Shown here piece after piece: positions 48,916 to 58,940 of a stretch of DNA of 64,000 bases. Position 1 is the stretch's first letter. The number at the start of each line of letters is the position of its first letter. The DNA is from an uncultured Candidatus Binatia bacterium (GTDB taxonomy: Bacteria; Desulfobacterota; Binatia; UBA9968; JAJDTQ01): the NCBI GenBank assembly GCA_965213675.1, contig OZ243916.1:2400001-2464000 (forward strand), written 5' to 3'. Under the pieces are notes generated by a model. It saw only the letters and a program-made list of their open reading frames with translations. It did not search any database and was not told where the DNA came from. The position numbers and the translations under genes are program-made.

Positions 48916-49920
48916 ATGGATTACGGCGTATTCGATCATCTCGACCGCGGCGACCTGCCGCTGACGGAGTACTACGAGGCGCGTCTCAAGCTCGTGGAGG
49001 CATACGACCGGACGGGGTTCTACGCTTACCACTTGGCGGAACACCACTCGACGCCCCTCGGCATGGCGCCCTCGCCGAGCGTGTTCCTCGCTGCGGTGGC
49101 CCAGCGCACCCAACGGCTGCGCTTCGGCCCCATGGTCTACGCGCTACCGCTGTACCATCCCATCCGGCTGATCGAGGAGATCTGCATGCTCGACCAGATG
49201 AGCGGCGGGCGGCTCGACATGGGATTCGGGCGCGGCGCGTCGCCCATCGAGCTGGCGGCGTACGGCCAGGACCCGCAGCAGGCCCAGCGCATCTACGCGG
49301 AGGGCGTGGACCTCATCCTCCAGGGACTCACAAAACAGACACTCGACTTCGCCGGGGAATTCTTCAACTTCCGGGACGTGCCCATGGAGTTGCAACCGCG
49401 ACAACGGCCCCATCCGCCCTTGTGGTACGGCGTCCACTCCACCGAGAGCGCCGAACGGGCGGCCCGGCGCCGGCTTCACATCGTGAGCCTGGATCCCGCG
49501 GAACCCACCCGCCACTTCACCGACCGGTTCCGCAAGGTCTGGAGCGAAGTTCACGCCAATGACGCGAACCTGCCCAAGATCGGCTTGGGCCGCTTCATCG
49601 TGGTGGCCGACGACGATACCGCCGCTCTGCGCATCGCCCGGCGCGCCTACCCGGTGTGGCACCGGAGCTTCACCCACCTGTTCCGCCTCCGGGGCAGTTC
49701 GCCGACCCACCCGCGCCCGCCGGACTTCGACGGCGCCATTGCCTCCGGCCAGGGCATTGCCGGCGGCCCGGCCACCGTAAAGACCCTCCTCCGTTCACAA
49801 CTCCAGCGCGCCGGCGCCAACTATTTCATCGGCCAGTTCGCCTTCGGCGACATCTCCCTCGACGAAGCGCTCCGGTCCGTGGACCTCTTTGCCGGGCACG
49901 TGGCGCCCGACCTGGACTGA
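48916..49920 (+). CDS. LLM-class flavin-dependent oxidoreductase
   Basis: AEHH, HPIRLIEE..LDQMSGGRL..G.GRG and P.P.QRPHPPLW. Confidence 0.92.
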   Translation: MDYGVFDHLDRGDLPLTEYYEARLKLVEAYDRTGFYAYHLAEHHSTPLGMAPSPSVFLAAVAQRTQRLRFGPMVYALPLYHPIRLIEEICMLDQMSGGRLDMGFGRGASPIELAAYGQDPQQAQRIYAEGVDLILQGLTKQTLDFAGEFFNFRDVPMELQPRQRPHPPLWYGVHSTESAERAARRRLHIVSLDPAEPTRHFTDRFRKVWSEVHANDANLPKIGLGRFIVVADDDTAALRIARRAYPVWHRSFTHLFRLRGSSPTHPRPPDFDGAIASGQGIAGGPATVKTLLRSQLQRAGANYFIGQFAFGDISLDEALRSVDLFAGHVAPDLD

Positions 49921-49964
49921 CCGGCGCCGGGATCGGCACATCGGTGCGGCTCTCGGCGTCTCGT

Positions 49965-51326
49965 TCAGAAGAGGACATCCCAGCACTCTTCCAGCGTGGC
50001 GACGCCGGCCAACTCGGGTTGCCGGACATGCGCGAGCTGCCGGCAGTTCCCCTGCGGCAGGATACACCTGCGGAACCCGAGCTTGCCGGCCTCGGCCACC
50101 CGCGCCTCGGCCCGGCTCACGGTGCGGATTTCCCCGGCCAGTCCGACCTCGCCGGCGAGGATCGTGTACGGGTCCACCGGCCGGTCCAGCGCGCTCGACG
50201 CCACTCCCGCGGCGATGCCCAGATCCACCGCGGGTTCCGACACGCTGACGCCGCCAGCGACGTTGATGAACACGTCCTTGTCGTAGAAATTCATCCCCTT
50301 GCGTTTCTCCAGAATGGCCAGGATCAGCGCCACCCGATTGGTGTCGACGCCGATGCACGTGCGCCGTGGCAACGTCAGGAAGGAGCGCGTCACCAGCGAC
50401 TGGATCTCCACCAGGATCGGGCGGGTCCCTTCCATGCTGGGGACCACGACGGAGCCGGAACCACCCAAGGGGCGCTCGGACAGAAAGATCTGCGAGGGAT
50501 TGGGCACCTCGCGGAGACCCGCTTCCTGCATCTCGAACACGCCGATCTCGTTGGTGGAGCCGAAGCGGTTCTTCACCGCGCGCAGGATGCGGAAGCTGTG
50601 GCCGCGCTCGCCTTCGAAATAGAGCACCGTGTCCACCATGTGTTCCAGGACACGCGGGCCGGCGATGGCGCCGTCCTTGGTCACGTGCCCCACCAGGAAG
50701 GTGCCGATGCCGCTCTTCTTGGCCAGGGAGATCAGCGCGCTGGAACATTCCCGGACCTGTCCGATGCTTCCCGGCGCCGACGGGATGGCCGCCGTGTGCA
50801 TGGTCTGGATGGAGTCCACTACCAGTACCGCGGGCTTCACCGCCCTGACCTGCTCCAGGATGCGCTCCAGGGACGTCTCGCTCAGCACCAGCAGGTTTGA
50901 AGCGCCCAGGGCGATTCGCCGGGCGCGCATCTTGACCTGCGGCTCGGACTCCTCGCCCGAAACGTAGAGGCAGGAAGGCCCGTCCTGGCTCAGGGCCGCC
51001 ACCGCCTGGAGGAGCAGCGTGGACTTGCCGATGCCGGGGTCGCCACCGATGAGCACCGCGGAGCCGTCCACCAGACCGCCGCCAAGCACCCGGTCGAACT
51101 CCTCGATGCCGGAACGCAGGCGCCGGTCGGTGTCCGCGGTCACCGCATGGATGGAGGAAGGCGCGTGCGCCGGCCCGGCCTCCGCGCCGCCACGCGCCCC
51201 CGGTTCCACCGTGACCGCTTCTTCCACCAGCGAATTCCACTGCCCGCAGTCCGGGCACCGCCCGAGCCACTTGGGCGACTGAAAACCGCAGTTCTGACAC
51301 TCGTGGATGACCCGCGCTCGCGCCAT
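49965..51326 (-). CDS. radA: DNA repair protein RadA/Sms
   Basis: CxxC zinc finger, GDPGIGKSTL, KNRFG and Lon-like C-terminus. Confidence 0.97.
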   Translation of the reverse strand: MARARVIHECQNCGFQSPKWLGRCPDCGQWNSLVEEAVTVEPGARGGAEAGPAHAPSSIHAVTADTDRRLRSGIEEFDRVLGGGLVDGSAVLIGGDPGIGKSTLLLQAVAALSQDGPSCLYVSGEESEPQVKMRARRIALGASNLLVLSETSLERILEQVRAVKPAVLVVDSIQTMHTAAIPSAPGSIGQVRECSSALISLAKKSGIGTFLVGHVTKDGAIAGPRVLEHMVDTVLYFEGERGHSFRILRAVKNRFGSTNEIGVFEMQEAGLREVPNPSQIFLSERPLGGSGSVVVPSMEGTRPILVEIQSLVTRSFLTLPRRTCIGVDTNRVALILAILEKRKGMNFYDKDVFINVAGGVSVSEPAVDLGIAAGVASSALDRPVDPYTILAGEVGLAGEIRTVSRAEARVAEAGKLGFRRCILPQGNCRQLAHVRQPELAGVATLEECWDVLF

Positions 51327-51411
51327 GCGCTACTCCCTTGCAACACTCCCCCTTGTGTGGCTTTCCATTATAGACTGCCCGGCGGCAGGACTGGTAACCT
51401 TTCCCTGAGAC

Positions 51412-52530
51412 ATGCCCGTCTATCTCCACATCGACATGGACTCCTTCTACGTGTCCGTGGAGCGCGTACTCGACCCGTCGCTGGAAGGCAAGCCGGTGAT
51501 GGTCGGCGGCGCCGGCCGCGGGGTGGTGACCTCGGCGTCGTACGAGGCGCGCCAGTACGGAGTGCGTTCCGCCATGCCGGGTTTTCAGGCGCGCAAGCTC
51601 TGCCCCCACGGCATCTTCGTTCCCGGCCGGCGCGAGATCTACGGCGAGTTTTCCCGGAAAGTGTTCGACCTGCTGCGCTCGTTCTCGCCGAACGTGCGCG
51701 CGTACTCCATCGACGAAGGGCTCGTCGATCTCACTGGCACGGAAAAGCTGATGGGGCATCCCGTGGGCACGGCCCACGAGATCATCGGACGCATCCAGCA
51801 GGAGTTGGGACTGCCGTCGTCCGGCGGACTCGCCACGCACCCGACCCTGGCCAAGATCGCCGCCACCGCGGTGAAGCCCCGGGGCCTGCTCTTCGTGCCG
51901 CCCGGCTCCGAGGAGCGTTTCCTGGGACCGCTGGATGTATCGGTGATCCCCGGCGTCGGCCCCAAGACGCACCGCGAACTGGTGAACCGCGGCATCGCCA
52001 CGGTGGCCCAGCTACTGGCCCATCCCCGGCTGGGCAAGCGCTATCTGAACCTGGAGCGGGGGGACGACGCCCATCGCGCACACGAGCACTCGATCGGAAG
52101 CGAGACCACGCTGTCGCAGCCGCTTGCGGAACCGGCTGCCATGGAACAGGTGCTGGGCGGGCTCGTGGGCGACGTGGCCGCGCGGCTGCGCCGCCAGGGC
52201 GGGCGCGCCCGGCGCATCACCGTCAAGATTCGCTATTCCGATTTCAAGACCATCACCCGGTCGCACACCCTGAAGGCGCCCACCTGCTTCGACGTGGACA
52301 TCCTCAAGGTGGCGTGCGACCTTCTCGCGCGCAACCTGACGCCGGGCCGACCCGTGCGCCTCCTCGGAATCAGCGCCAGCGGCATCGCCACCGAAGGCTG
52401 GCAGGATTCGCTATTCGACCACCGCGAGCGCGCCTCCATGGACAAGCTCTACAAGGGCATCGACAAGCTGCAGGACAAGTACGGCAAGGGGACCGTCACG
52501 CTGGGGGCGGGGAGGGGCCGTTCGCGCTGA
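51412..52530 (+). CDS. dinB: DNA polymerase IV
   Basis: HIDMDSFYVSVE, SYEAR, SIDE and IPGVG.KT. Confidence 0.95.
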   Translation: MPVYLHIDMDSFYVSVERVLDPSLEGKPVMVGGAGRGVVTSASYEARQYGVRSAMPGFQARKLCPHGIFVPGRREIYGEFSRKVFDLLRSFSPNVRAYSIDEGLVDLTGTEKLMGHPVGTAHEIIGRIQQELGLPSSGGLATHPTLAKIAATAVKPRGLLFVPPGSEERFLGPLDVSVIPGVGPKTHRELVNRGIATVAQLLAHPRLGKRYLNLERGDDAHRAHEHSIGSETTLSQPLAEPAAMEQVLGGLVGDVAARLRRQGGRARRITVKIRYSDFKTITRSHTLKAPTCFDVDILKVACDLLARNLTPGRPVRLLGISASGIATEGWQDSLFDHRERASMDKLYKGIDKLQDKYGKGTVTLGAGRGRSR

Positions 52531-52613
52531 CGGGACTCCCACCGCGTTGGCGTTGCTTGCACGGGTACGAATTGTCAGGTAGGGGAAGTTCCTCGCTCAA
52601 GGAGGACCCAGAC

Positions 52614-55373
52614 ATGATGCGTTTCTCGCTACCGTCTACCCGCTTGGCCTGCGCCGCTGCGTTGTCCGTGTTCCTTGTGTCCTTGACCTCCGTGACCGCC
52701 GTCCGTGCCGAATCCACGGAGATCGAATTCCGCGCTCCCGCCTATGACTATTCCTGGCTGACGGCCGAACGCTATCGCGCAGGACTGGCTTCGCGGACAT
52801 CGCAAATCGAAGAAGCCGAGAAGGCGGTGCGGGCTGCGGAGCGCGAACTCGCGACGGCGCGCACGCAACTCGACGCGGCCAAGGACGAGGTGTCGGGAGC
52901 GTGGAGACAGTACTTGGTGGCGCGCGGCTCCGGCGACCTTGACGCGTTGGTGGCAGCGTGGCAGGCAGTCGGCGGCGCGATCAACGCGTATGGGGAAACG
53001 CGCGACTGGGTGCGGAACAAGCTCTCGGCATTGGAGGGCGAGCGCGAGACACTCACCTATGAAAGGTTCTGGAAAGCCCAATTGGAAAATGATTGGCGGG
53101 ACGCGCAGGCACAACGGAGCGTCGGGCACTATTCCGTCGCGCAGGACATCGCCCGCTGCCGGCGGGGCGGCGGACGCGTCTGCTTGCCGAGCCGTCTGCT
53201 TGCTTCGGACACCCGCTTCACCGTGTTTCAGCCAGTGTTGGAGATGGTCGGGGTCCACCATGCCCACGCCAAGGGCTTGACCGGCGCGGGCGTGCGGGTC
53301 GCCATCGAAGACGACGCCGTGAATTACCGGCTCCCGGAATTTTCCGGAAGGGTTTCCTTCGAAGGCGCCAGGCTCGTCTACCCGCGCCCGCTGACGCGGA
53401 CAGCGCCTTTTTCGGCAAGGAAGTGGTCGTACAACGACGCGGCGTATAACCCATGGGAAACCGAAGATCCGCACATCATGGAATCCCTTACGGTCGATGC
53501 CATCGTCACGCTTGATGATGATGGCTGGACCGAGGAAATATGGCTGGAGAACGAACATGACGACGTGAATCCAGAGGATCGATGGGTCGTGATTCCCGCG
53601 GTCGAATCCGAGAACGGGCCCTCCCACGGGACACGCGTTGCGTCAGTCGCGGTAGGACGCGACTTTGGGGTGGCGCCCGGGGCGACGCTGATCCCCGTCT
53701 TCAGGGACTTTTCCCGATCCGGACAGCGCGAACAGGATACATGGTCTCGTTATCTCCTCAACGAACTCACGCGCGCTTCGGAATCGGTTCGGCAACAATT
53801 GGACGAAAACCTGGCCAAGTCCGTTCGCGCGGACTACGCCAATTACGACGTGATCAATCGCAGCTTCGGCATCGGCGTATTCAATCAGGCAGCGGTTCAG
53901 CAGGTGCTCGATGACGGCACCAACTGGTGGGGCGACGAGTTGCGCCGCCTCCTGCCGCTGATGTGGCGCGCGTACATGCAGACCGACGTCCACCCGGACG
54001 ACCGCGCCGTGGTGGTCTATGCGACTGGGAACTCGAAAGAGGAGTGGGGCGGGCTTGGAGCCGACCTTCCATTCCACGAACGCCATTTGCGCGGCCATCA
54101 TCTTTCGGTGATGGCCGTCGATGATGAAGGCGCGCATTCGTTCTACACCAACTTCTGCGGCCCACTGCCGTCGGACTGGGATGCCGAGCGCTGGGGACGG
54201 CACTATTGTGTGGCGGCGCCGGGCATCGTCAACGCGGCCGCGAACCTCCCCGGTTATGCCTACCAGGGAACCCAGGGCACTTCGTTCGCGGCGCCCGTCG
54301 TCACCGGCGCGGTGGCCTTGCTCATGGAGCATTTTCGCGGCCAGCTCGGCAATACCGAGGTCGCAAAGCGCATCGTCAACACGGCCAACAATCGCGGGCG
54401 CTATGCGCAAATGGAGATTTACGGAGCCGGCCTGCTCGATATCGAGGCGGCATTGAAGCCCGTGGGCCGGACGTTCACGGGAACGCCTTCGGTGCGCCGG
54501 CCAGCCTTGTCCACGGTGCTCTACGCGCCTCCGGCCCTGGGCGCCCTCGGTCAACGGTTCGCCAGGGCCGGGGTCGAAGTGGCGAGCCTGGATCGTCTCG
54601 GAGCGCCGTTCTGGTCCACGCCCGAACGTCACGTTCGCACCGGTGTGCAACTGTCGGCTACGATCCCCGGGTTCGCCGAGGCGCATCAAGCCATCCACGG
54701 CGAACGGCATCTCGGTTTCACGCCGGGGACCGTGGCCTTGGCACCGGCAGCTCCGACCGCGCCGGGAGCGCTCGCACCTGTCCGGCTGCTGATGGGGAGC
54801 AACCGGATGGGCCTGGAACAGGCTCCTGGCGCCGGTTTCCGCTGGGGCATCCTGGGAGACGGCTCATCCTGGCAAGGGGGCCGCGTCTCGGGCGCGTTTG
54901 GCGACGATGTGCGATCCATTACCACCTGGATCGGGCGCGGCGCCCGGTTCGAATTGGGCGAAGCCTGGAGTGTCCATGCATCGGCCACCGTGGGATACGG
55001 GCGCGCCTTTCTCGGGTCCGGCACCATGCTGAACACCGACCCCTACCTGATGTCGGCATGGAATGTCGCGCTGGAGCGGGGAGAAAGAGGTGGCGGGACC
55101 TGGTCGCGCTTCTCGCTGTCGCAACCGCTACGGGCCGAAACGGGCAACGCCACCCTCACCTATCTTTCCGGTCTCGATGATGGCAACCCTGTCTATGACC
55201 GGACGACCGTGCCCCTGGCGCCGGCGGGGCGCGAGATGGAGTTGTCCCTGACCCACGAGAGCGCGCTCGGTTGGGGACGTGGCGTCTTCAAGGTTGCCCA
55301 CGCGTGGAACGCCGGCCACGAGACCGGCAGAAGCAGGTTCTCCGTTGGCGCGGCGTACCGGATTGCGTGGTGA
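52614..55373 (+). CDS. Secreted S8 (subtilisin-like) serine peptidase with N-terminal coiled coil and C-terminal beta-rich domain
   Basis: GGAGG-ATG 52614; signal peptide VRA|E; triad motifs GVRVAIEDD, HGTRVAS and GTSFAAPVV; ends AAYRIAW. Confidence 0.85.
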   Translation: MMRFSLPSTRLACAAALSVFLVSLTSVTAVRAESTEIEFRAPAYDYSWLTAERYRAGLASRTSQIEEAEKAVRAAERELATARTQLDAAKDEVSGAWRQYLVARGSGDLDALVAAWQAVGGAINAYGETRDWVRNKLSALEGERETLTYERFWKAQLENDWRDAQAQRSVGHYSVAQDIARCRRGGGRVCLPSRLLASDTRFTVFQPVLEMVGVHHAHAKGLTGAGVRVAIEDDAVNYRLPEFSGRVSFEGARLVYPRPLTRTAPFSARKWSYNDAAYNPWETEDPHIMESLTVDAIVTLDDDGWTEEIWLENEHDDVNPEDRWVVIPAVESENGPSHGTRVASVAVGRDFGVAPGATLIPVFRDFSRSGQREQDTWSRYLLNELTRASESVRQQLDENLAKSVRADYANYDVINRSFGIGVFNQAAVQQVLDDGTNWWGDELRRLLPLMWRAYMQTDVHPDDRAVVVYATGNSKEEWGGLGADLPFHERHLRGHHLSVMAVDDEGAHSFYTNFCGPLPSDWDAERWGRHYCVAAPGIVNAAANLPGYAYQGTQGTSFAAPVVTGAVALLMEHFRGQLGNTEVAKRIVNTANNRGRYAQMEIYGAGLLDIEAALKPVGRTFTGTPSVRRPALSTVLYAPPALGALGQRFARAGVEVASLDRLGAPFWSTPERHVRTGVQLSATIPGFAEAHQAIHGERHLGFTPGTVALAPAAPTAPGALAPVRLLMGSNRMGLEQAPGAGFRWGILGDGSSWQGGRVSGAFGDDVRSITTWIGRGARFELGEAWSVHASATVGYGRAFLGSGTMLNTDPYLMSAWNVALERGERGGGTWSRFSLSQPLRAETGNATLTYLSGLDDGNPVYDRTTVPLAPAGREMELSLTHESALGWGRGVFKVAHAWNAGHETGRSRFSVGAAYRIAW

Positions 55374-55462
55374 GCGCCGGAGGACAAGGCTCTCGCGGGG
55401 GTCCGGCATCATGGATAGCCTCTGCCTCTCGCCACGATTCGATAAATCCGGCAGGCTACGGG

Positions 55463-55480
55463 TTGTGACGCGGCACACAA
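55463..55480. promoter_or_regulatory. Possible CRP/FNR-family binding site upstream of hemE
   Basis: TTGTGA-CGCGGC-ACACAA, one mismatch from TGTGA-N6-TCACA. Confidence 0.3.
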
Positions 55481-55572
55481 ACACCAAGCTCAGGGCGAAC
55501 AGCCAACTTGTCGAGCCGTGACTGCCCTGCGGCAACGGACCAGAGCTGCCGCTTGAGACCTGAACATCAACC

Positions 55573-56607
55573 GTGACCGAATCATCACCACAACACCCTT
55601 TCCTCACCGCGTGCCGGCGCGGCAAGACCCCCTATACTCCGGTGTGGCTCATGCGCCAGGCCGGGCGCTACATGAAGGAGTACCGCGACGTGCGGGCCAA
55701 GGTCGGCTTCCTGGAGCTGTGCAAGACGCCCGACCTCGTGGCCGAGGTGACGGTGACGCCGGTGGAGCGCCTCAACGTGGACGCCGCCATTCTGTTCGCC
55801 GACATCCTGCTGCTGCTGGAACCCATGGGAGTGGGGCTGGAATACGCCAGCGGCGGCCCGGTGATCCAGCGGCCGGTGAGGACGGGCACGGACATTGACG
55901 CGCTGCGCGACCCGGTCCCCGAAGAGTCCCTGGCCTACGTGTACGCGGCGGTCCGCAGCACCCGCGCCGCGCTGGCCGGTCGCGTGCCGCTAATCGGCTT
56001 CTGCGGCGCCCCGTTCACGCTGGCCTCCTACCTGATCGAGGGCGGCGCGTCGCGCAACTACATCCACACCAAACGGCTCTTCCACACCGATCCCGGCGCC
56101 TGGAACGCGCTCATGGACCGGCTCGTGGACGCCACCCTTGCCTACGTCAACGCCCAGATCGCGGCCGGCATCGACGCCCTCCAGGTCTTCGATAGCTGGG
56201 TGGGCTGCCTTGCGCCCGGCGACTACCGCGAGCACGTCCTGCCGCACATGCGCCGGCTGATGGCGCATGTCACCCCCGGCGTTCCGCTCATCCACTTCGG
56301 CACCGCCACCAGCGGACTGCTGGAGCTCATGCGCGAGGCCGGCAGCGACGTGATGGGCGTGGACTGGCGCATCGATCTGGACGAGGCGTGGCGCCGCGTG
56401 GGCCACGACGTCGCCGTCCAGGGCAACCTCGACCCCGTGGCCCTGTTCGCGCCGCCCGCCGAGATTCGCCGCCGCGTCCGGGACATCCTCCAGCGCGCCG
56501 GCGGCCGCCCCGGCCACATCTTCAACCTCGGCCACGGCATTCTACCCGAAACCCCGGTGGACCACGTGCGGGCCATGGTGGACGCCGTGCACGAACTGAG
56601 CCGGTAG
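55573..56607 (+). CDS. hemE: Uroporphyrinogen decarboxylase
   Basis: PVWLMRQAGRY, IGFCGAPFTLASY, QGNLDP and FNLGHG. Confidence 0.97.
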   Translation: MTESSPQHPFLTACRRGKTPYTPVWLMRQAGRYMKEYRDVRAKVGFLELCKTPDLVAEVTVTPVERLNVDAAILFADILLLLEPMGVGLEYASGGPVIQRPVRTGTDIDALRDPVPEESLAYVYAAVRSTRAALAGRVPLIGFCGAPFTLASYLIEGGASRNYIHTKRLFHTDPGAWNALMDRLVDATLAYVNAQIAAGIDALQVFDSWVGCLAPGDYREHVLPHMRRLMAHVTPGVPLIHFGTATSGLLELMREAGSDVMGVDWRIDLDEAWRRVGHDVAVQGNLDPVALFAPPAEIRRRVRDILQRAGGRPGHIFNLGHGILPETPVDHVRAMVDAVHELSR

Positions 56608-56716
56608 GGAGACATCCTTGCTCCGGCAACCCGGCCTCCTCCGCCATTTCATCCGCCTTTCCGTCGTTCCCCCCACCTCCTCCGTCATTCCCACTTCTTG
56701 CCTCATCCATATTTCC

Positions 56717-56827
56717 TTTTTCGTCATTCCCGCGGAAGCGGGAATCCAGGAGTGGGGCGGGGCGAGCAGGACCGTGGTGCCCCTCCCCCACCCCTGGATT
56801 CCCGCTTCCGCGGGAATGACGAAAAAG
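56717..56827. repeat. REP-like perfect inverted pair forming a long hairpin
   Basis: TTTTTCGTCATTCCCGCGGAAGCGGGAATCCAGG..CCTGGATTCCCGCTTCCGCGGGAATGACGAAAAA. Confidence 0.88.
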
Positions 56828-56936
56828 CAGGTCGGCATGGCGGAGCAGGTCGGAATGAGGGGGGACGTAGGTATGGCGGGGGAGGCTGGAATGGCGTAAA
56901 TCGCGGGTATTCGGGATTGACAGCCCGCCCACACCA

Positions 56937-58424
56937 ATGACCAGGGACATCATCGTTATCGGCGGAGGCATCTCAGGTCTGGCCGCCGCGCACCGGCTGA
57001 CCGAGTTGAGCCGCGCCGGTGCCGCCGAACTGCGGGTCACGCTGCTGGAGGCCTCTGACCGTATCGGCGGCGTTATCGCCACCGAACATGCCAACGACCT
57101 CCTCCTGGAGCTGGGTCCCGACTCCTACATCACCGACAAGCCCGCCGCCCTGCGCCTCTGTGAACGCCTGGGCCTTGCCAACCGCCTCATTGCGCCGCGA
57201 GGCCTCGACGGGCTGAAGCTCTACACGGTTCACCGCGGCCGCCTGGAAGCGCTTCCCGAGGGGTTCCTGCTGATGGCCCCCACCCGGGTGGGTTCGGTGC
57301 TGCGGAGCCCTCTGTTCTCCTGGAGCGGCAAGCTGCGCATGGGGATGGAACCGTTGATCCCACGCCACTCCGGTGACGGCGACGAGAGCCTCGCCTCTTT
57401 CGTGCGACGGCGGTTGGGCCGGGAAGTCCTGGAGCGCGTGGCGCAGCCCCTGATCGGCGGCATCTACGCCTCGGACCCGGAACACTTGAGCCTCGCCGCC
57501 ACCATGCCCCGCTTCCCCGGGATGGAACGCGACCACGGCAGCGTCATCCTGGGGAGCCGCCGGGCGCAACAACGCCGCGCGCGCTCGGCGCGGGAGACCG
57601 GCGCCCGGTGGAGCCTGTTCGTCAGCATCGACGGCGGCATGGAGGTGCTGGTGCGGAGCATCGAGGAAGCCCTCGGTGCGGGAGTGATACGCTTGGGCGA
57701 AGCGGTCCGGGCGCTGACCTGGAACGCGGAGGCCCGCCGCTGGCGCGTGGCCACGGCGCGTTCCGGTTCGGAGCCCGGTTCCGGCGACGGACTTGAGGGC
57801 GTGGGCGGCGGCGTGGAACCGAACTCCGGCGGGCTGGAGGCCGACGCCGTCATCTGCGCGTTGCCGGCGCCTGCCGCCGCCAACGCACTGACGACCCTGG
57901 ACCCCGAGTTGGCCAGGGAACTGAAGGCCATACCCGTCTCATCCACCGCCACCGTCAACCTCGCATACCGCCGGAGCGATATCGCCCATCCCCTGGACGG
58001 CTACGGTTTCGTGGTTCCCCACGCCGAAGGCCGAAAGATCATGGCCTGCACGTTCAGCAGCGTGAAGTACGCGGGAAGGGCCCCCGAAGACACCGCGCTG
58101 CTGCGCTGCTTCGTCGGCGGCGCCCTGCAACCCCATCTGCTCGACCAGACCGACGCGGCCATGGAAGCGCAAGTGCGCGACGACCTCGGCGCCCTGCTCG
58201 GGATATCCGGGGAACCGATCCTGTGCCGCACGACCCGCTACCCCGACAGCATGCCCCAGTACAACGTCGGGCACCTGGAAAGCGTGGGAAGAATCGAGAG
58301 CAGGCTCAAGCACTTTCCCACCCTCGCCCTCGCCGGCAAGAGCTACCGGGGAGTCGGCATTGCCGACTGCGTCGCGAGCGGCGAGATTGCCGCGGAAGAA
58401 ATCGCAAGGGGGCTTGAAGTCTGA
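56937..58424 (+). CDS. hemY: Proto/coproporphyrinogen oxidase, HemY-type
   Basis: GGGISGL.AA, ELGPDS, DESLASFVRRRLG.E, MPQY.VGH and GVGIADC. Confidence 0.93.
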   Translation: MTRDIIVIGGGISGLAAAHRLTELSRAGAAELRVTLLEASDRIGGVIATEHANDLLLELGPDSYITDKPAALRLCERLGLANRLIAPRGLDGLKLYTVHRGRLEALPEGFLLMAPTRVGSVLRSPLFSWSGKLRMGMEPLIPRHSGDGDESLASFVRRRLGREVLERVAQPLIGGIYASDPEHLSLAATMPRFPGMERDHGSVILGSRRAQQRRARSARETGARWSLFVSIDGGMEVLVRSIEEALGAGVIRLGEAVRALTWNAEARRWRVATARSGSEPGSGDGLEGVGGGVEPNSGGLEADAVICALPAPAAANALTTLDPELARELKAIPVSSTATVNLAYRRSDIAHPLDGYGFVVPHAEGRKIMACTFSSVKYAGRAPEDTALLRCFVGGALQPHLLDQTDAAMEAQVRDDLGALLGISGEPILCRTTRYPDSMPQYNVGHLESVGRIESRLKHFPTLALAGKSYRGVGIADCVASGEIAAEEIARGLEV

Positions 58425-58427
58425 GGT

Positions 58428-58847
58428 CTATCCGTTTCGGATCCGCTGCCTGCTCAGCGTCGGCTCGAAGAGCATCTGAATCACGACGCCGTCCGGATCC
58501 GCGCAGTAGAACGAGGCGCTGCCGTCGCGGTGGCGCTTGAAGGGCTTGATGATGGGGATCTGGCGGGCGCGGAACACGGCTTCAAGTTCCTGTACGCGGT
58601 CGATGTCGGAGACGATGAAGCCCAAGTGGTCGAGGGAGGAGGTGGCGGCATTGGTCGCCCGGCCTTCGGGGGATTCGTGGAGGGCGAGGTTGTCGGAACC
58701 GGAGCTCAGGTACGCGTTCTGGGGATCGGGCTGCCACACGACTTCCATGCCCAGGACATCCTGGTAGAAGGCTTTGGAGCGCTCGACGTCCTTGACGTTG
58801 AGGGCGATGTGACGCATTCCCATGAGGCCGCTGAGCGCCTTGGGCAT
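58428..58847 (-). CDS. VOC/glyoxalase-family protein
   Basis: RHIALNV.D..RS..FY..VLG, LDHLGF and FYCADPDG. Confidence 0.9.
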   Translation of the reverse strand: MPKALSGLMGMRHIALNVKDVERSKAFYQDVLGMEVVWQPDPQNAYLSSGSDNLALHESPEGRATNAATSSLDHLGFIVSDIDRVQELEAVFRARQIPIIKPFKRHRDGSASFYCADPDGVVIQMLFEPTLSRQRIRNG

Positions 58848-58940
58848 GGTGTCGGTCCTTGTTGGATTGATACGAGAAACCTGTCCGCGTAACCGTAGCC
58901 CGCGTGGGCGACGGGCTGGTCGCCCGGCACGGACAGACGG

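Noticed and set aside
51147-52613. N-terminal extension of the 1408-aa ORF
   Set aside because: Alternative frame over dinB; the RBS and signal peptide put the S8 start at 52614
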